Assembly (NCBI RefSeq): GCF_006345805.1
Contig: NC_043000.1
Span: forward strand, 52,700,001-52,764,000
DNA: 64,000 nucleotides
Direction of reading: 5' to 3'
DNA from: Octopus sinensis
Lineage: Eukaryota
Positions within the stretch are counted from its first letter, which is position 1; each line of letters opens with the position of its first letter. The position numbers and the translations under genes are program-made. This document shows, in pieces, positions 1 to 15,271 of this stretch. The notes beneath the pieces were generated by a model. It was not told the origin of the DNA. It did not search any database and worked only from the letters and a program-made list of their open reading frames with translations.

Positions 1-229
1 TGATTGAAGTCGGGTTTAATGCGAAAATATTTTTTGAATTATGAAGAAATACTCTTAAAAGTAAGCAACAACATTTTTAGGAATGCAACGTTTTCTCAAT
101 GCGGGATATATCTGCCAATGCATAAAATAATATACATGTCCATTGACATACAAGGGTCCCATGATATGCTCGTGAAATACCATCTGAATACTGAAATTAA
201 ATTACCTGTACAATGATGATTCATGCAGG

Positions 230-1140
230 GTATTAAAATGCCGACATCATATCTTCGGCTCATTGTACTGTGAACGTGAACAGTTGCAGCCAGGACTACG
301 AAGCCACAGCCAGCAGAAAGGGACGCAACATGCATTTTAACTGCATTTGTATGCCGGAATTCATCCAAAAACTGCAGAACCAAAGTGATAGAATGTCCGA
401 GCAAGGGAATCCGGGCTTTAGTGAAGGCGATGTGTACAAGAGTTGCCACCATGAAGTTGGCTCTGAATGGGGAGGACCTTCGCTACTAATTGTACTAGAC
501 GAGCAAGGGAAAATTCTGACAACCGAGACCATGTAGAACCCCTGGGCAAAGGGGAAGAATATTTGGACAAGCTCATGCATTCTGTTGAGCTCCAGTTGAT
601 CTTGTTATTCTCATATCTAAAATGCTTCTGTCAGGACAGCTTACATGACACCGATAAATACACGATGGTTGCTTGCCAATATCCGTGTGATATGCTACGT
701 AACGTTGAAGCCAAGCTGCTCTAAATTGCGGTGTTAGTTGTATGTATCTCCGATGGGGATGGCGTGATATCGGCCAATAAAACCTTAGATGTGAAACTAA
801 AAGATGGTGATTAATTTCTAGTTGGAGAGGATGACTGCTAAAACGAGTATGTATGGCAGCAGCATTCGACTCCCCGGAAAGAGTCAGAAATAATTGTCAC
901 AAAACCATGATTTCATCAGCCCTAGTTTTTGGCCAGCTAAATCCACCGACTATGATCTCGTGGATTACTATGAGCAAGGCGCAGTTGAGAAAGACATTGT
1001 GCGCCCTGCTTATAATAGCAAGGCTGAGCTGGGGCCCAGGATCAAGTAGGTGCCCGAAAAGCATCTCAGTAACACATGTCCCACATTACAGAGTTGCCTT
1101 GAGCTATGTTGGATCTAAAGACGTCCACTTTGTGTAAAGT
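230..1140 (+). mobile_element. Degenerate Tc1/mariner-superfamily (maT/DD37D-like) transposase relic
   Basis: Manual translation across stops and frameshifts gives PEFIQKLQNQ (HTH region, ~350-380), EYVWQQHS (second-Asp region, ~845-870) and DFISPSFWPAKSTDYDLVDYYEQGAVEKD (~910-995), which resembles the WPPNSPDxNPLDYxVWG motif. No intact ORF; TIRs not found. Confidence 0.7.
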
Positions 1141-1562
1141 GATATCTCCGAGACATAATCTAGATGACATTCTTTTGACTTTTTAAAACTACCTATAGTT
1201 TTGAACGGTATATTGAGCATCCTTCTTCTTTTACACCAACTATCAAATTGTCCCCGAATACCCTCTACATAGAATTGCTTCGAGAATATCAACTTATATG
1301 GATATCAAGGTCTAATGAAAAATCATGTGTGATGAACTACTATCGTGGTACAATGTTCATTAGATTTCGATGGATATAACGTATACTGGATGCTTTCAGC
1401 ATTAATCCACTATCTACTACATTCTTCATTATCAGTTACTGATTTCTTCCACGTACAAATTAATGAATGTTACCTAATCTAAATCGTGGAACAGCTCTGA
1501 AAATTTAGGATTAAATAGTGTATGCACGTATGTATGTATGCATGTGTTAATGCATGCATGTT

Positions 1563-1573
1563 TGTATGTCCAC

Positions 1574-1647
<74 letters not shown>

Positions 1648-1648
1648 A

Positions 1649-1686
<38 letters not shown>

Positions 1687-1720
1687 ACTATCTATCTGTC
1701 TGTCTGTCTTTCTATCTATA
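1563..1720. repeat. (TATC)n microsatellite
   Basis: Direct reading; it accounts for the IYLS-type ORFs here. Confidence 0.95.
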
Positions 1721-3126
1721 TATCCATCCTTACACCTATCAATTATATATATATATATTTGATAGATGGATGGCTTATATACTATAATTATAGGCATAAT
1801 TATAACCAGTTCTTGGCTTGCATATAATTATGTATATAATTATAAAATATTTATAATATTTATTTATGAGGTTTTTTTCCGCGCTGAAGAGTTGTTAACA
1901 ATAATTTATGATTTTACTTTTTATGATATATATATATATATATATATCAGATATGATATATATATATATCAGATATATTTATACCAATATATATCTCCTG
2001 AATTATGTTCAGTATGTTATAGTTGACAATTATTTACGGGGAATTTTCAGAACTTCTTGTATTTTAATATCGTTGTAATATTATTGTTCATCAATGCGAA
2101 ATTAATAATATATACACTTCTTTTTACCTCATTCACATCACACGGATTCTTCATGGGGTTCTTTTAGAAACAATCCTCGTTATCTAACAGCCACATCTAT
2201 ACCAATAAGAATCATGATGGTTAGCCCTCGGCAATATCACGTTTTGCAAATTAGAATATTTGATTCAAATACACCATTCAAAAAATCGTTTAATTCCAGC
2301 GTAAAAAAAAAAAAATTGAAGCACCAAGTAAAACATGCAATAAAAGAAGATTGCATTTTCTGTTCGTGTGTGTGTGTGTCTTTCGTTTAAAAACGTACAA
2401 AGATGAAATATACTAATTCATACATACGTAAATACGTTCTACTTACATACATACATTCATGCACACACACTCACACACACATATTTACTTGTGTAACTAA
2501 CTGTTTTATAGGAAAGTGTCTTTATGACAGTGTAAGCCTTTATTTACCTAACGATATATTTATCCTTGCTGTGACATCGTAAAAAGTGAAGATATAAATA
2601 CACAGCGGTGATTTTAATCCTTTATTTATAAATGATAAAAGCTGTAACATACGCATGCTTCGTTGATAAATTTATTACGGTTCATATTGATTATTTATTT
2701 CGAATATATTAAGCTTGAGAAGAGTTGTATATCTGATATAATTCTAATTTTTTAGTTTATTGTACGATAATTGTTTTAAATCTTACGCACGAAGTCACTA
2801 AATTTGATGTGAAGGTGTAGTCAATATAATCCACACAAGTATTTGACTGATACTGTGGTTAATTATTCGCGAAGTGATGAAAGATAAAGTTGACCTCAGC
2901 GGAGTTTCTCAGAAAATATTGCAAGTTAATCTAGCACAGTTTTAATATTTAATACTAAATATTAAAAACAATATACGCATTTAAAAGCAGGATTTTCTCA
3001 AGGAATGTAAATACTCGGAACAAATAGTACAATGTATACTGCACAACCCTCTACTAATTCAGCCAGCCTAATGTCCTGCAAATTCACATAAAAATAGAAG
3101 TCTGATTCTATATAAGCGCATGCATA

Positions 3127-3170
<44 letters not shown>

Positions 3171-3214
3171 TTCATACACACTCACATAAGTATATATATT
3201 TCATCATTTACCTT

Positions 3215-3460
3215 TTATTGTTTCAGTCGTTAGGATGTGGCCATGGAACTGCATCGTTTCCAAGACATTAGTCGAACGAATCGAACCGAGTACGTATTTC
3301 TCTTTGTTATTATTATTATATCAGTGTCTTTTGAGAAACCATTTCGTTACGGGACGTAAATCGATTAACACTAGCTGTCAAGAATTCATGGAGGACATAG
3401 AGGTAACAATACACACAAATATAGTTGTATATTATGTGACGGGCTTCTTTCAGTTTACAC
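3215..3460 (-). mobile_element. Old, degraded SINE fragment related to the main SINE family
   Basis: tttcagtc...ggccatg...gtcgaacgaatcga...gttacgggacgtaaa and gacgggcttctttcagttt match the better copies at 15991, 58091 and 59225 with many substitutions. Confidence 0.5.
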
Positions 3461-3596
3461 ATTCGAAATCCGCTAACAAGGTAGAGGACAGCCAGAGATT
3501 GTAATAGAAGAGGCTGGCAAAAAGTTCCACGCTAGGAATGTATCCGGAACCACCACACATTCACGTAAGCGCATGCATAGAATATATATATCTGTT

Positions 3597-3641
<45 letters not shown>

Positions 3642-5107
3642 GCTCATATACATACACACACACATACACACATATAAATATGTAAAATATCTTGAAGATT
3701 TCGTCGAATTAGGCACAAAAATTGAGGTATCTCTCTAGGTCTTTATACCTTGCTAGGTATAATCAGCACACTCAAACAATGTGAATTGAATATGGAATAT
3801 CAAGACCCCTTGAAGGGTGGTTATATATATATATATATATACAGAGAGAGAGAGAGAGAGAGAGAGAGTGAGTGAGTGAGAGAGAGAGAAAAAGAAGATA
3901 GGTGCAGAAGAGAGGGAACAAAATTGAGTGAAATATCAGACAAACACTAAAGAACAGCTGATACTATATATCTTGTTTTCATTTTTTGTAAGGGTGGCAC
4001 CTTCCATTTCCCATTTCCTCACGAATAACATTGACACTCATCTGAAACTTTGTCTCTTGTAAAGCATTTGTATGTATGAAAGGAATTTGAAGATGTCTAC
4101 AAAATGTAAATATGTAATCTTTGAAAAAGAACTCTAGAGCTATTTCGTCTGGAAAGAAATCCAAGTAAAAGTAAGACAATATTCGTGAAATATAGAGAAA
4201 TGAGAGGTGAATACCAAGGAATGTACAATAATACAATAAAAAATTCAAGCCATAAGTAAAGAAAATACGTCTTTGACGCTAAACAAATCATCGACAACGT
4301 ATACCCTCATAAATAAAATACATAAATATCTTCGTATTTTACAAAGATTAATATATATGTTTTACAAACATATTTTTTCACTCATATATTATTATATTAA
4401 TAAATTACGTAATCTCTACGCGTACTATAAAACCAAACGCTTTGAGTTATCAAATGTCTTCTTAGAAAAGACTTTATTATCACATATTACATAAAATACA
4501 TGAAAGTTGTAGTCGAACGCATATTTTGCCGCATTTCAGTTAAGAAATAGACATTTATCTTTAGATATGTACACATCTCAAAACCTCTTGTCATGAAATA
4601 TTACACAGAGTTACTTTGTCTAAAAAATATTGAGTTCATCTATAAATATTTTAGCAGAGCAGCATTTACATCATATATAAAGATTAGTGGAATGATATAA
4701 GTCATTTAATGTACCCAATACTGTCTAAGTTTAAATCCAAATATAATGTATCATAATCACAACGCGATAAGAACCAAATTTATATGCACCCATAATAATC
4801 CATTTAGACTATATATATATATATATATATAGTGGTTGTGGCGTTCATGTGTTTAAATAAGTCTTATAAACTATATTGATAATTACATTAAATGCAATAA
4901 AAACAAGCAATAGTGCTCCTAATATAGTTTTAAGTTTTAATACTTTGTATGCCGTAATAACAATTCAGCGTATAACGCTAAAAAAGGTATGTAAAACACC
5001 AGTGTAATCATATCTAAGTGTGTCGATTTGTAATTAACATATGTAATATTTTGTTTTATACGTAAATGATTTATGCGTGTGGTATTATATATTCAACATC
5101 ATAAAAG

Positions 5108-5160
<53 letters not shown>

Positions 5161-5459
5161 CATCATCATCATCATCATCTTCATCATTATTATTGAAGAA
5201 TGCCCAGTTTGGATCCAATTCTGAGCATGCACCTGTAAAAAGGTATTCAAAAGAGAAGGGTTCTTGCCCTGTTGTTCAGGCACATTTTGCTTTTGTGGGC
5301 TTTTCCACGAGGACCTTAAAGCGCCTTCCCTATCTGGAGTCTTAATTTGTTCAATTTTTATTATTACATTGTGTACATGCGAAAACACTTTGTATCGTCC
5401 TGTTTTTGTCTTTTATGTTTTTGAATATTAATTAGTGTTTTGTAAGTGAGCCCTTGTGG

Positions 5460-5582
5460 CTTATAAGAGAACAAAATTATATTGTTATTGTTGTTGTTGT
5501 TATTATTATTATTATTATATTATTATTATTATTGTTGTTGTTGTTATTATTATTATTGTTGTTGTTGTTGTTGTTATTATTA
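5460..5582. repeat. (TTA/TTG)n trinucleotide microsatellite
   Basis: Direct reading. Confidence 0.95.
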
Positions 5583-7439
5583 TATGAAGAGTCACAATTT
5601 ATTTTGCAGGGTATGATGGAAAGGGTCTTCAAGGACCATGCGAAGATTCTTGCAGCAATGCTGAATTTTGTAGCTGTTCTTCTTTCACTCTTGCACCAAC
5701 CTCCTTCAGCCATGTTGGTGGTTGAGTGCTGATACTTTCATGACTAAAAGTATCCTTCCATCAGGATAGTGCTGCGCCACATACAGCGAGGATGATGACA
5801 AATCAAAGGCTTGAGCAGTTTGAATGGGAAAAAACCATAGTAGTATAAAGTAATCTTCAAGGGAAGAAAAGAATATATATTTGTTTGCGAAACGTGATGC
5901 TCATTTTAACGTAAGTATCGAAAAGGTACCCCCAAAGAGATCATGTCAAAAATACGACAGGACTTTCTAAGCTAATACAAATTACTCTGTAAGAAGTTAA
6001 TTTGCTTTTGATTCCACTTGTTCTCATGTTTGTCTCTGGTTTTATTTCAGAATATCTGAATGCTCTCCGTTAAATTCAATAAGGGTATACGAAGTAATTT
6101 AATTTGTTTTATTTGTAGCCAAACTAAAATAGTGTAAAGAAAAAAATATAAATATTTTCTTTTCCTTATTATAATTTCATCATAAGTCTTAAAACGTATT
6201 GTCTGTAAATCAATAAGGCAATTTAGAAAATGTCTGATTCACTTCACCAGTTGACATCAAGTAGAATGAACATTTCAAAGTTTCGCTAAAAGTTGTTTAT
6301 ATTTTCTTTATATTCAAGAAATCATGTTATGTTCAGCAAGAAAGTGCAATATAAGGAAACGTCTTTCGTAATTTTATATGCTGTTTCAAACACAGCGATG
6401 TCATTAAAACTTCCAAGACATTATATGTCAACTCGAAGTGAACAAACATGTAACACTCCAGAAAAAAAAAACTCTTCATAGCAATAACATTTTGTAAATG
6501 ATTATATCCAAAGGTAATGTCCCAAGGAGACATTTATATCCATCTATTGTGTAACTATGTTATAAGATGAAAGACAACTCAATAATAAAACGACAGGTTA
6601 AAATTACTTGCAGACAAAGATTGAAATTACTTGTCAACAAATCAATACGTTGTAGGTTTTATAAGAAGTGCATAAAGCTGGAATACACTAAGACTTGTAG
6701 AATTTATCGTATGATATAAAAATAAAAGAAGTAAGGAGATAACGTAATATATATTCAGAATACATGTAATAAATATTAAATAGCCGTATACATTATTGTA
6801 CTTGGGCTGATCTATCAAAATTATTTGTTTCAGTCATTAGAGTACAAGTGTTTCATGGATGTCTTACTAGAATTTTATTACTGTAATCGTCTTATATACT
6901 GTACAAAATATATATATATAGCTAAACAAATAGAGAGCAAGAAAGACGGGGACAAACAGTTGTTCTAAATCTTGCGCCAGTTGTCACTGAGTAACTGCAT
7001 CTCTTTTGGGAGGCCTAGGAACGCTCCATCATGTAAATGAGTTGAAACTTTATGCATTTCCTTCTCTTCATTGCTCGTCACCATTGTTGTCCATGGAAAA
7101 TGAACTGGCCATGCCAATATAATTTGACATCAGAATCAACGCAAAGATTTTCTGAATAATGTATATTGCTTTAAATAAAATCCAGTCCGTTGTTCTAGCA
7201 GTGTCACCATTTAAATGTTTTATAGAGACATAAGGGAAAGGAATCTTAACGTGATTTTACTCGAATTTAGGCTCAGAAGGAAAGAATAAGAATAAATAGT
7301 GCGCAGTGTTTATCCAGCTCTTTAATAACTGTCACCACGCATTGTCTATATTTCAATATATGTGTCTCTCGCTTTCTCTCCCTGTCTCTACGTATAATAC
7401 AATATAGTAATATATATATATATTATATATATATATATA

Positions 7440-7464
7440 TAGATATATAGATAGATAGATAGAC

Positions 7465-7499
<35 letters not shown>

Positions 7500-7500
7500 C

Positions 7501-7545
<45 letters not shown>
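7440..7545. repeat. (GATA)n microsatellite
   Basis: Direct reading. Confidence 0.95.
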
Positions 7546-7977
7546 CATATGCATACATGCATGTGTGCATTTATGCATATGTATATACATACATATAGAC
7601 ACACAGCTGGGAGGCGATATAAAATAAAATGGCAACTATGTATCGTGCTCAATGTATTTGCCTCGTTGGGATCCAAGATAAATCTCTTATGGGAATTCTG
7701 TTTAAAAACACAAGACATATCGGCTCGCGACGAGAAGTGATGCTCCCATCTGCAAAATTTCAGAATTTACTCGCGCCCAGCCAAATTGCTAGAAGAGCCT
7801 ATTGCTTTCTTCATAGGAAAGAGTGAATAATACTTTTATCACGATACGAATAGAAGCAGGTTGGAAAAAAATGCGGTGTATACAAATGAAGTAATATTAA
7901 ATTAATTCAGTCTTTATACTGCTTTAAAACTTTGCTTGAGAAGACGTTTCTCTGAGAGATAACTGTACACGCACACA

Positions 7978-8010
<33 letters not shown>

Positions 8011-8025
8011 GCACGCTCATATATA

Positions 8026-8859
8026 CGAGAAGAAGTATAAAAATATCCGCGCTTTCGCCATAACATATCTTTATTATAATTACACTGCCTTCTGCGCATG
8101 CATGCTTATAGTTGCTTCTATTGTGGTCACGTGATCGAACTTTGAGCCAGATCACGATATTTTTCTGTCTGGCTTTACAGGGTAAGCCTGGTCACTCCAC
8201 TAACAATATGCACCAAAGTAGAGCAAAGAGCAGTGCTCCAATTCCTCTGATCAGAAGCTGTGTCAGGTGCTGATATTCATTGGAGGAGTGTGGAGTAGAA
8301 ACATTCTGGTTCACCAATAACGAAGAAATTCAAGACACAGTCATCCGAGGACTCATAAAGAGGGCCTATGCTGGAAGACAACCTGGAAAACGGTTGTACA
8401 ATCGACAGTTCAAGATACAGTGCGTTGCTGTCCAACAAACTGAAGCCAGCAATTCGCACAAAACGCCGAATCCTATTGCCGAAGAAAGTGTTGTTGTTGC
8501 ATGACAATACACGCCCGCATACTGCCGCCCAGACCTTTGAAACCATTAAGTAATTAGGTTTTAACGTGCTGGAACACACTGGCTACAGCCCAGATTCCAC
8601 GCTTCCAACTGTCATATCTTTGGACCGCTCAATGATGTCTTACGAGGTCGTAGATTTCCTACGGATGAAAGTGTGATGGAAGTTGTGCATAAATCGTTGC
8701 ACGACCAACTGAAAACCTTCTTCTTAGCAGGAAAACGCAAGCTTGTAAACTGCTGAACCGAGTGCATCGAAAATGAAGGAGACTATAATATAGAAAAATG
8801 ACGTACTTGTTTATCCCTTGCTTTTATGTAAGTACATAATGCATATAAGCTATGACTCG
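8026..8859 (+). mobile_element. Internally deleted mariner (DD34D-type) element
   Basis: N-terminus CTKVEQRAVLQFL*SEAVSGADIH (~8210-8280) is joined directly to KHSGSPITKKFKTQSS, then KLKPAIRTKRRILLPKKVLLLHDNTRPHTAAQT, LEHTGYSPD and a C-terminus ending near 8800. Putative ends are TA-CGAG at 8024 and CTCG-TA at 8861 (weak TIR match). Confidence 0.85.
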
Positions 8860-10226
8860 TACATTAAGTTTCAAACGCCGCTAGAAATACATATGGACAC
8901 ACTCTTATGTATATATGTAAATATGTAAATATCTTTAAGCATACACACACCTGCAAGCATATACACATACACACATGTACATGTACCCCTTTAATAACAT
9001 AAATTCAATATTGAGTTGTTAATACCACTCAATTGGAACCGATATACACTTCCCTACGACACGTTCTACTCTCTTTAAAAATATGAATTCCAGATTTTAT
9101 GTTGACATCTTCGGCAACTTCGATCAAGACAGTTAATAGTGGATTACATGAGACGAAAAAGTTCATTATTTCCTTTATATTAATAAAAATACTGTGTGAT
9201 TGTAACCCGGTAAACTAATTTCTAAGACTTGAATTGCAAGGTAACGAATGTGGAATTTGAAAGATACGCTTTCAGCAGATGTATACAAATGCACGCACGT
9301 ATAGACTCACTCGCAATTTCACATATGCAGAACTTGACTATTTTCTACTTTCGCTTTTATCATTCCTCTTATCTAACTCACTATAGTTCTTCTTATATAG
9401 ATATCACATTGATTCAATGTCTTACTTTGATCTGCGCTCTATTTATGTATCATTATTCTCCCTAAATTAATTATCTATTATTTTTTCCGTAAGGCTTCCT
9501 GTTACTAACTTCGCTGATTCGTTTTATTTATACTTTATTTATATCTGGATATCACGCATACATTACCGGACTAAAAATACATTCTAATTGTCTTCATCAG
9601 AGTCTGCCTCATTTATTTATTTCTTTTTCCCGTTCAATTTCCAGCTCAATGTTATTATTTCATCAATTTAATTGGGAACAAATTCAATATCATTTGTAAT
9701 TCTATAAAATTCAGATAAAAATCAACTGAATCCTTAATACATCCTAATTTTATTTTTACTAGTATGAAATTTATAGTACGTTAGATATATTTAGGATAAT
9801 ATCAAAAACAAAAATTATATAATCATACTGTCTAATTTAGAGTAGAATAATTTAAATAGAATACTTTTTGTATTCCAGCCAATTGAAACCCTGGTTCTTT
9901 TGATTTTAGTGCATTAAATATTTATAATCACTATTGATTTAAACAGTATATGAATTCTGAATTTAGGATTCAATTAAATTACAATTTAACGTGCATTTGT
10001 CGTGAAAGTTCGACTGGGCCGTTCTACTTCTCACACACAAACTATGGACGTACTCATTACTTTTCCTTTAAATTCGTCTTTGTAATTGTTTTGAAGTTCC
10101 CCGAGTTATTTTCTTCAGTATTCTATATTTTCACAAAGATAAAAATATTTTCCTACCTTTTCTCAGTAGGATTTGTGTTTTTTCCGGTGATATTCTTTTT
10201 TCAATGCTTCTGGATCAAGGCGCATG

Positions 10227-11771
10227 CGGTGATCAAAATAAGTTTAAGACCGATGATGACAGTTCTATTCTTTCATCAATTTATTTTTAAGAAAACTATA
10301 AAATTATTTTACTTTTTAGAGTTTATGTAGAATCATTTTCTCTTTCGTATGATATAGGCGTTATATATCTTTCTACAATTTGAATAATTTTAATGTGCAA
10401 TTAATTCAAATAATTAAATTTTGTCGGCAAAATAAGTTTAAGACCATACCAATATTATTTTGTTTAAATTGAAACTTTACGTCACAAATGATCAACGAAC
10501 AAAAATTTATTATTAGTATCTTATTCCATAGCCATTATGTTCAATTACGATCTTACAACGGCGGGATATGAAGTTCGGCAAATGAGCACAAAAATCACTT
10601 GAAATGTTCTGCCATATTTCATTAATAAGATTGTTGGGACAGATTTGTTGGAGTTTTTTTTAACATGACATCTTTTACAAAAATAATTCCATAAAGATTC
10701 TATCAGACTGGAATCCGGGCTTTACGGCGGCCCCGATATTATTGCGCTCAAAAATTGCAAAACTCTCCTAGCCTTCTGAACAGTGCAATTTTCCTGCTGG
10801 AAAATAGATCCCGGTGGCATCTGATTATTTAAATATGGCAGCACTTTTCCATCTATTAATTGCAGATGGCCTACACTATTCAGTGTGCCATCAACTTTAA
10901 GAATCGGATCAACACCCACGCTACTGAACAAGGCCCACACCATTACCCCGCCCTCCCGTTGCACCGTTTTCTTGACACACTTAGGATGAAATTCTTCAGT
11001 TGGATGGCGTCTAACATAAATCTTTCCGTCTGATCGAAAGATGCGGAAACGGGATTTGTCGCTCCAAAGAACTTTTGACCAGTCTTAGGCCGTCCATTCA
11101 ATACGGTTTTTAGCAAATTTGATCCGCTTCTTTCGAGCGACCCGACCGAACAGCCTTAATTCTTTTAGGCGGTTTCTGAGAGTTTGTGGTGTAGAGCTGA
11201 TGTCAGTTTCTGCTAATTGCTTGCAAATGTCTACTGATATTAGCATTACCGTCAGAGAGCCTTTTGTACAGTTGTTCTCTCGGAGCGCCCGTTCTTTGAC
11301 GATCTTGGTAAAGCTTCCATTCTCGAACACAAGCCGTTTTGTTGCATCCTACCCGCTTGCTGATGTTTATGAAGGACACATTTTGCTGATGAAACAATGC
11401 TATCTTTGATCTAGTAAATGGGCTGATACTACGACGCTTTCCCATAGCGAATTAATGTGTAACAATGCTCGGTTATTAAACAAAACAGTGCAATACGACT
11501 AGCCATATGGCCATCCATCTGGTTTATTAATTTGCATAATCTTGGTACAGACTTAAACTTATTTTCCCGACAATTCCTAATCATTTGAAATAATTGCGCA
11601 TTAAAATTATTATAACAATAGAAAGTTTATATAACGACTATATCATTAGAAAAAGAAAAGAAAATCTACATAAACTGTAAAATGTAAATTAATTTTATAC
11701 TGTTTTGTTAAAAATAAATTAATGAAGGAATAGAACTTTCATCATCGGTCTTAAACTTATTTCGGCCAGTG
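10227..11771 (-). mobile_element. Tc1-family DNA transposon with ~240-bp IR/DR terminal inverted repeats; transposase pseudogene
   Basis: Minus-strand ORF pieces MGKRRSISPFTRSKI..., LRNRLKELRLFGRVARKK, WSKVLWSDKSRF, GGVMVWALFS, IFQQEN and SPDSSLIESLW. Arms 10227-~10460 and ~11535-11771 are inverted copies, each with AAATAAGTTTAAG twice. TA at 11772-11773; TG at 10225-10226. Confidence 0.9.
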
Positions 11772-13973
11772 TATGTTCAAATATGATTTGCTCTACTGTC
11801 GTTACTTTTCTAATATTTATTTTATTCCACCTCATGTTCACTAGAAGATCTCTACCATGTGGATACTCAACCTTATAGAAATAGCAAGCAAATTTTTTAT
11901 GTAGTCATATATTTTCGCCCTAAAGTCGGAGGCATTGGATAATGTGGTCCAAGGTGTATCTTCTCGGAAAACAATGAAAAATGTTGGATGATTGCCACTG
12001 GGATACCATAAATATCAGGTATGGTTGATTAGAGTCGAACAGAGTTTTAACAGAATCTACTATAAGGGAGCATAAATCTAAAGGTAAAGGGAATTATATT
12101 TTCCACTAATAATTCACAGTCTAAATTCTACCGTTAGTTACAGCAAATGTATTTAAGAGAGGTTTAGATTTCTTGCCGTAAAACAGTAAACGTGCAGCAA
12201 AATTGGGTATGGAATTAGAATCTGTGGTGTCTTTTTATTCTAATTCATGAAATTACCTTTGTTCTCTATCAAGCTTGCTTTGACAAATCCATAAAATAAC
12301 CGCATTGACATTGTCTTCGGGTTGACAGCTTTTACATTAAGAAAACTTGTTCTTTTCTTGGTAAACTTTCGTTGATGACAGAAAAGAAAATGTAATGACC
12401 TAACATTTTAGAATTACAAGAAGGGAAAACATTCTTTAACATTATCCTCAAAACCTACTGAACTCCTGATGATGCTAAGGAGTGATATGTTTCTTCAATT
12501 CAAAATATTATACCTCCATATCTGATACAATCTGATTATTATAAAATCATTGTGAATATTCTATTTTATGAAAATGTCTAAATATATTAAAATATGACGA
12601 ATGATACGACTATTTTATTTTGTTATTTGTAAATATTAATGATACATGAATTATTGTTCCTTGGCATGTCTATGATTCTTGTCAAACTAATAAGATATTT
12701 CCTAGTCCGGCAGTCATTAAATCACATATAGACTAGAAAATATTATTAACATTTAAAACTTAATGTTTGTTTATTTAAGATATTCAAAAGTTATTCTTAA
12801 CACATTTACAAGCAGATGTTCAATGCATTTGGGAAGTATTTTTATATCACTACTATCTTTTGGTTTCTTGTGCACATTTAGAATTTTCAAATACACAGCT
12901 AAGATACAACTCACTTATCGCCACTTTAATAGTCAGCTTTCAACATGGATTTAAGTGTCTGATAATACATATCAGATTTCGAAGCAAGAAATAATGACAC
13001 AAACACTCATCCTATTTCGACTTCCATGCTATATATTGAATCTTCAAGCACTAAATGTAATAAAATTGCGTTCTTCCCATAGTTGCAAATGTTGTAAATC
13101 TTTGCTGTTTAATGACAGGTAAACAAGTCTTAATAAAATTCCAGTTGCTATAACGCAATTCAACAAAAATTTTGTCATATAAGAAACGGATAAGCATTTT
13201 CTATACGAAAGCTTTCTAAGAAAGTATCGATTTAAAACCATTAGTTCTTTTTTCTCTCATTTTGCAACGCATCGAAATCTTTACGCAGAATATGTGGGCC
13301 TATCTACTAATTACTTATTCCAAATCGTATACATACAAATATATCTTGTATAGATTTCAAATAGCAAAGGTAAATACTGATAGATGTTCCCCAACGAATC
13401 AAGTATGCCCTCAATACCATCGGAAAAGTGTGAACGGTGTATTCATAATCCCATGTTTTGGTTAAATTAATACTGAAGTTCATAAAACACTACACCAGTG
13501 CTGTGAATATCAATGAACTTCTTATTTCTGCCTTGATTTTAATGCTGTTAAATTGAATTGCTAAATATTATATTTCAATGATGTTACACTATTCAATATT
13601 GGGTTATACGCAATTAACTACATGTTATCACCTTAAGAAAATATGCATGGAGGATGAACTCCAACCGAATATGAATTGGAATATCAGAAATATGAAACAA
13701 AATTTTGTAAATATTCATTTAATGTGTTCATAGGTATCTACCATCATATATATACCTGACATATAAAGTGTTTCAATTCTGTATGGTAGATATTATTAGA
13801 ATACTTCAAAAACGACACTGTCCCTACACAGGGATGAGCTAGATTTGATTCTTGGGTGGATTCAATGGATATCAATCGTCGATTTCAAAATATCGTGACA
13901 TACTAAAAACGACATGTATACATGCATGTATATATATACATGTATATCACTGTTTTTGCATCTCTCTCCCGCT

Positions 13974-14042
<69 letters not shown>

Positions 14043-15271
14043 CATTTGTGTGTGCGCTGTTGTATGGCAGTTCGGGTGCTGAATGAAAGTCTTTAACTTC
14101 ACAGTATAGCATTAAAATGTGTTAAAATATGGTTTTAGAACATCTGAAGAACCGTGATAATGACATTAACCATCTTAATTATTAAAAGTGTTTGAAAAGA
14201 CATCTGCATTAATATCTGCTTTTCTAGGTTTACAATATATCTGTAAAAAATATCATGTATAAATTTATGTTTTTTATAGAAACCTATGTCTTAAAAAGTT
14301 TGTAGGAACAATATATTTTCTCAGAAACCATAACATTCAAGGTAACTGATATAAATGTCTAATACACCGAAACTCATGCAGATAGTAACAGACCATACTA
14401 AGTTCACGCTAGTTATTTTGATCAAGCTCAATGTCACAATGTTGAATAACCTAAGAAAACCTATCAAATACAAAATTTTTTTTTGTACCATGTATCATAC
14501 TAATGATGTGTAGTTGCTTTATTGCTTGCTATTCGTGTCATTCCTTTTCTCTCCTATCAAAAATAACTATAATCTATTCTTATCACACATGTACTATTTA
14601 ATTTGTATTTGTTTATCAAATTTTAGTCGGTATATGGAACAGTAGTGCTTTACATTGGTTTCTTCGAAGTCGTATGTTTAAAGAAAATTGGTTCGTGAAG
14701 AGTAATATCATTTTCATGTATGTTGCCTCTTTACTTGTAGAATCACACCTGTGACGACTGTGGTCATTCTCCTATCACTTAGCCATGTATGCACAAGAGA
14801 ATCTCTATCATGTTATCGCAGCGCGTGCATGAAATTACAGCTAAGTTTACAGCTAATCATATCTTTTTGGCTTAAAAAACACAGCCTTAGAATATGTAAC
14901 TCGAGATGTATCATTACAGGAAATATACATTGATTACGTATGTCAAAGTGTGTGATGAATTTTGAAAAATAATTATATAAAGCGTGTTGACATACTCCTT
15001 TCTTTGGGAGATTTTAGTATAGCACTTAAAGTCTTTGATTGTCAGTGGTAACAGCATCTATGCTATATGAATGCGTACATATCCATTCATTCTTACCTAA
15101 CACTATGTAAATAACTAGATGTAAACAATGTTGTATATACACAGTCCCTATGGAGAGAAAAACCGGGTAAACTGCATATATATATACACACACTCACACA
15201 TACATACATATATATACATATGTCAATTTGTATTGTAAGATTACTAAGGTGAAACAGTGTGTTACAGCAGA

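Noticed and set aside
5750-5800. HQDSAAPHTAR peptide resembling a mariner second-Asp motif
   Set aside because: Only about 11 codons with no supporting flanks.
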